Source: a virus. Taken from it: DNA of 13,139 bases. Position 1 is the stretch's first letter. Each line of letters opens with the position of its first letter. The notes below the pieces were generated by a model. It saw only the letters and a program-made list of their open reading frames with translations. It was not told the origin of the DNA and ran no database searches. The position numbers were made by a program, and so were the translations under genes. This document shows positions 12,891 to 13,139 of this stretch, in pieces. The stretch lies in the IMG/VR virus record IMGVR_UViG_3300045988_098052. One strand, given 5' to 3'.

Positions 12891-13139
12891 ATCTTGTTTC
12901 CTCCTGCCTATCGGCTGTGATTTATTTGTTGATTATATTATAGTCCAATTGGACTAATATGTCAATAGAATGTCAATAGAATAAGTGACAGACTTTGTAT
13001 GATATTGTCAGGCAATTTAATGTTATAGTTGCCTAGCAAGAATCATGCCAATTTTGATGTTATGAACGAAATATGAACGAAATATGAACAGATTGGGGAA
13101 ATGTTAACAATTTGTTCACAGGTTAGTCTTGCCAAGTTT
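12708..13139. repeat. Right inverted terminal repeat, the mirror copy of nt 1-432.
   Basis: Exact reverse complement of nt 1-432. The window ends ...ggttagtcttgccaagttt, which is the reverse complement of aaacttggcaagactaacc at the start. Confidence 0.95.
12937..12965 (-). promoter_or_regulatory. Right-end early promoter, the mirror copy of 175-203 with the same palindrome at 12941-12956.
   Basis: It lies inside the perfect ITR, so its sequence is identical on the minus strand. It drives the 12890..12702 and 12689..12381 ORFs. Confidence 0.75.

Noticed and set aside
1-13139. Reading the inverted repeats as transposon or IS ends, a Polinton- or casposon-like element, or a linear plasmid.
   Set aside because: There is no transposase, integrase or Cas1, and no target-site duplication can be assessed. 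The interior encodes a full virion module (capsid, portal, tail, packaging ATPase, lysis) and a protein-primed polymerase. The ITRs are best read as replication termini of a phage.

Overview
The window appears to be a complete linear dsDNA genome of a very small phi29-like, protein-primed podovirus. Nt 1-432 are the exact reverse complement of nt 12708-13139, giving perfect 432-bp inverted terminal repeats (ITRs) with 5'-AAA at both ends. Each ITR holds a consensus TTGACA-17-TATAAT promoter with a 16-bp palindrome in its spacer, phased 11-bp tandem repeats, and a full copy of a 62-aa strongly acidic protein gene, so that gene is present twice and faces inward from both ends. The left arm (+ strand) then encodes a basic 124-aa protein, a terminal-protein candidate, a family-B protein-primed DNA polymerase, two tiny ORFs, a SpoVG-fold protein and a phi29 gp16-like encapsidation ATPase. 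A promoter plus a GC-rich structured RNA element follows. After it come a scaffold candidate with PGQ repeats, the major capsid protein, a holin-like protein, an NlpC/P60-SH3b lysin, a gp9-like tail knob, a gp10-like connector, a lower-collar candidate and an SGNH-hydrolase tail fibre. A strong hairpin terminator ends this operon and meets the short right-end early operon (- strand). Genes are tightly packed, with TAATG/ATGA overlaps. AT-rich composition, GGAGG ribosome-binding sites (RBS), the SpoVG-like gene, the YvrJ-like holin and the SH3b lysin suggest a Bacillota (probably clostridial) host. All functional calls come from motifs recognised by eye, gene size and gene order. No database search was run.
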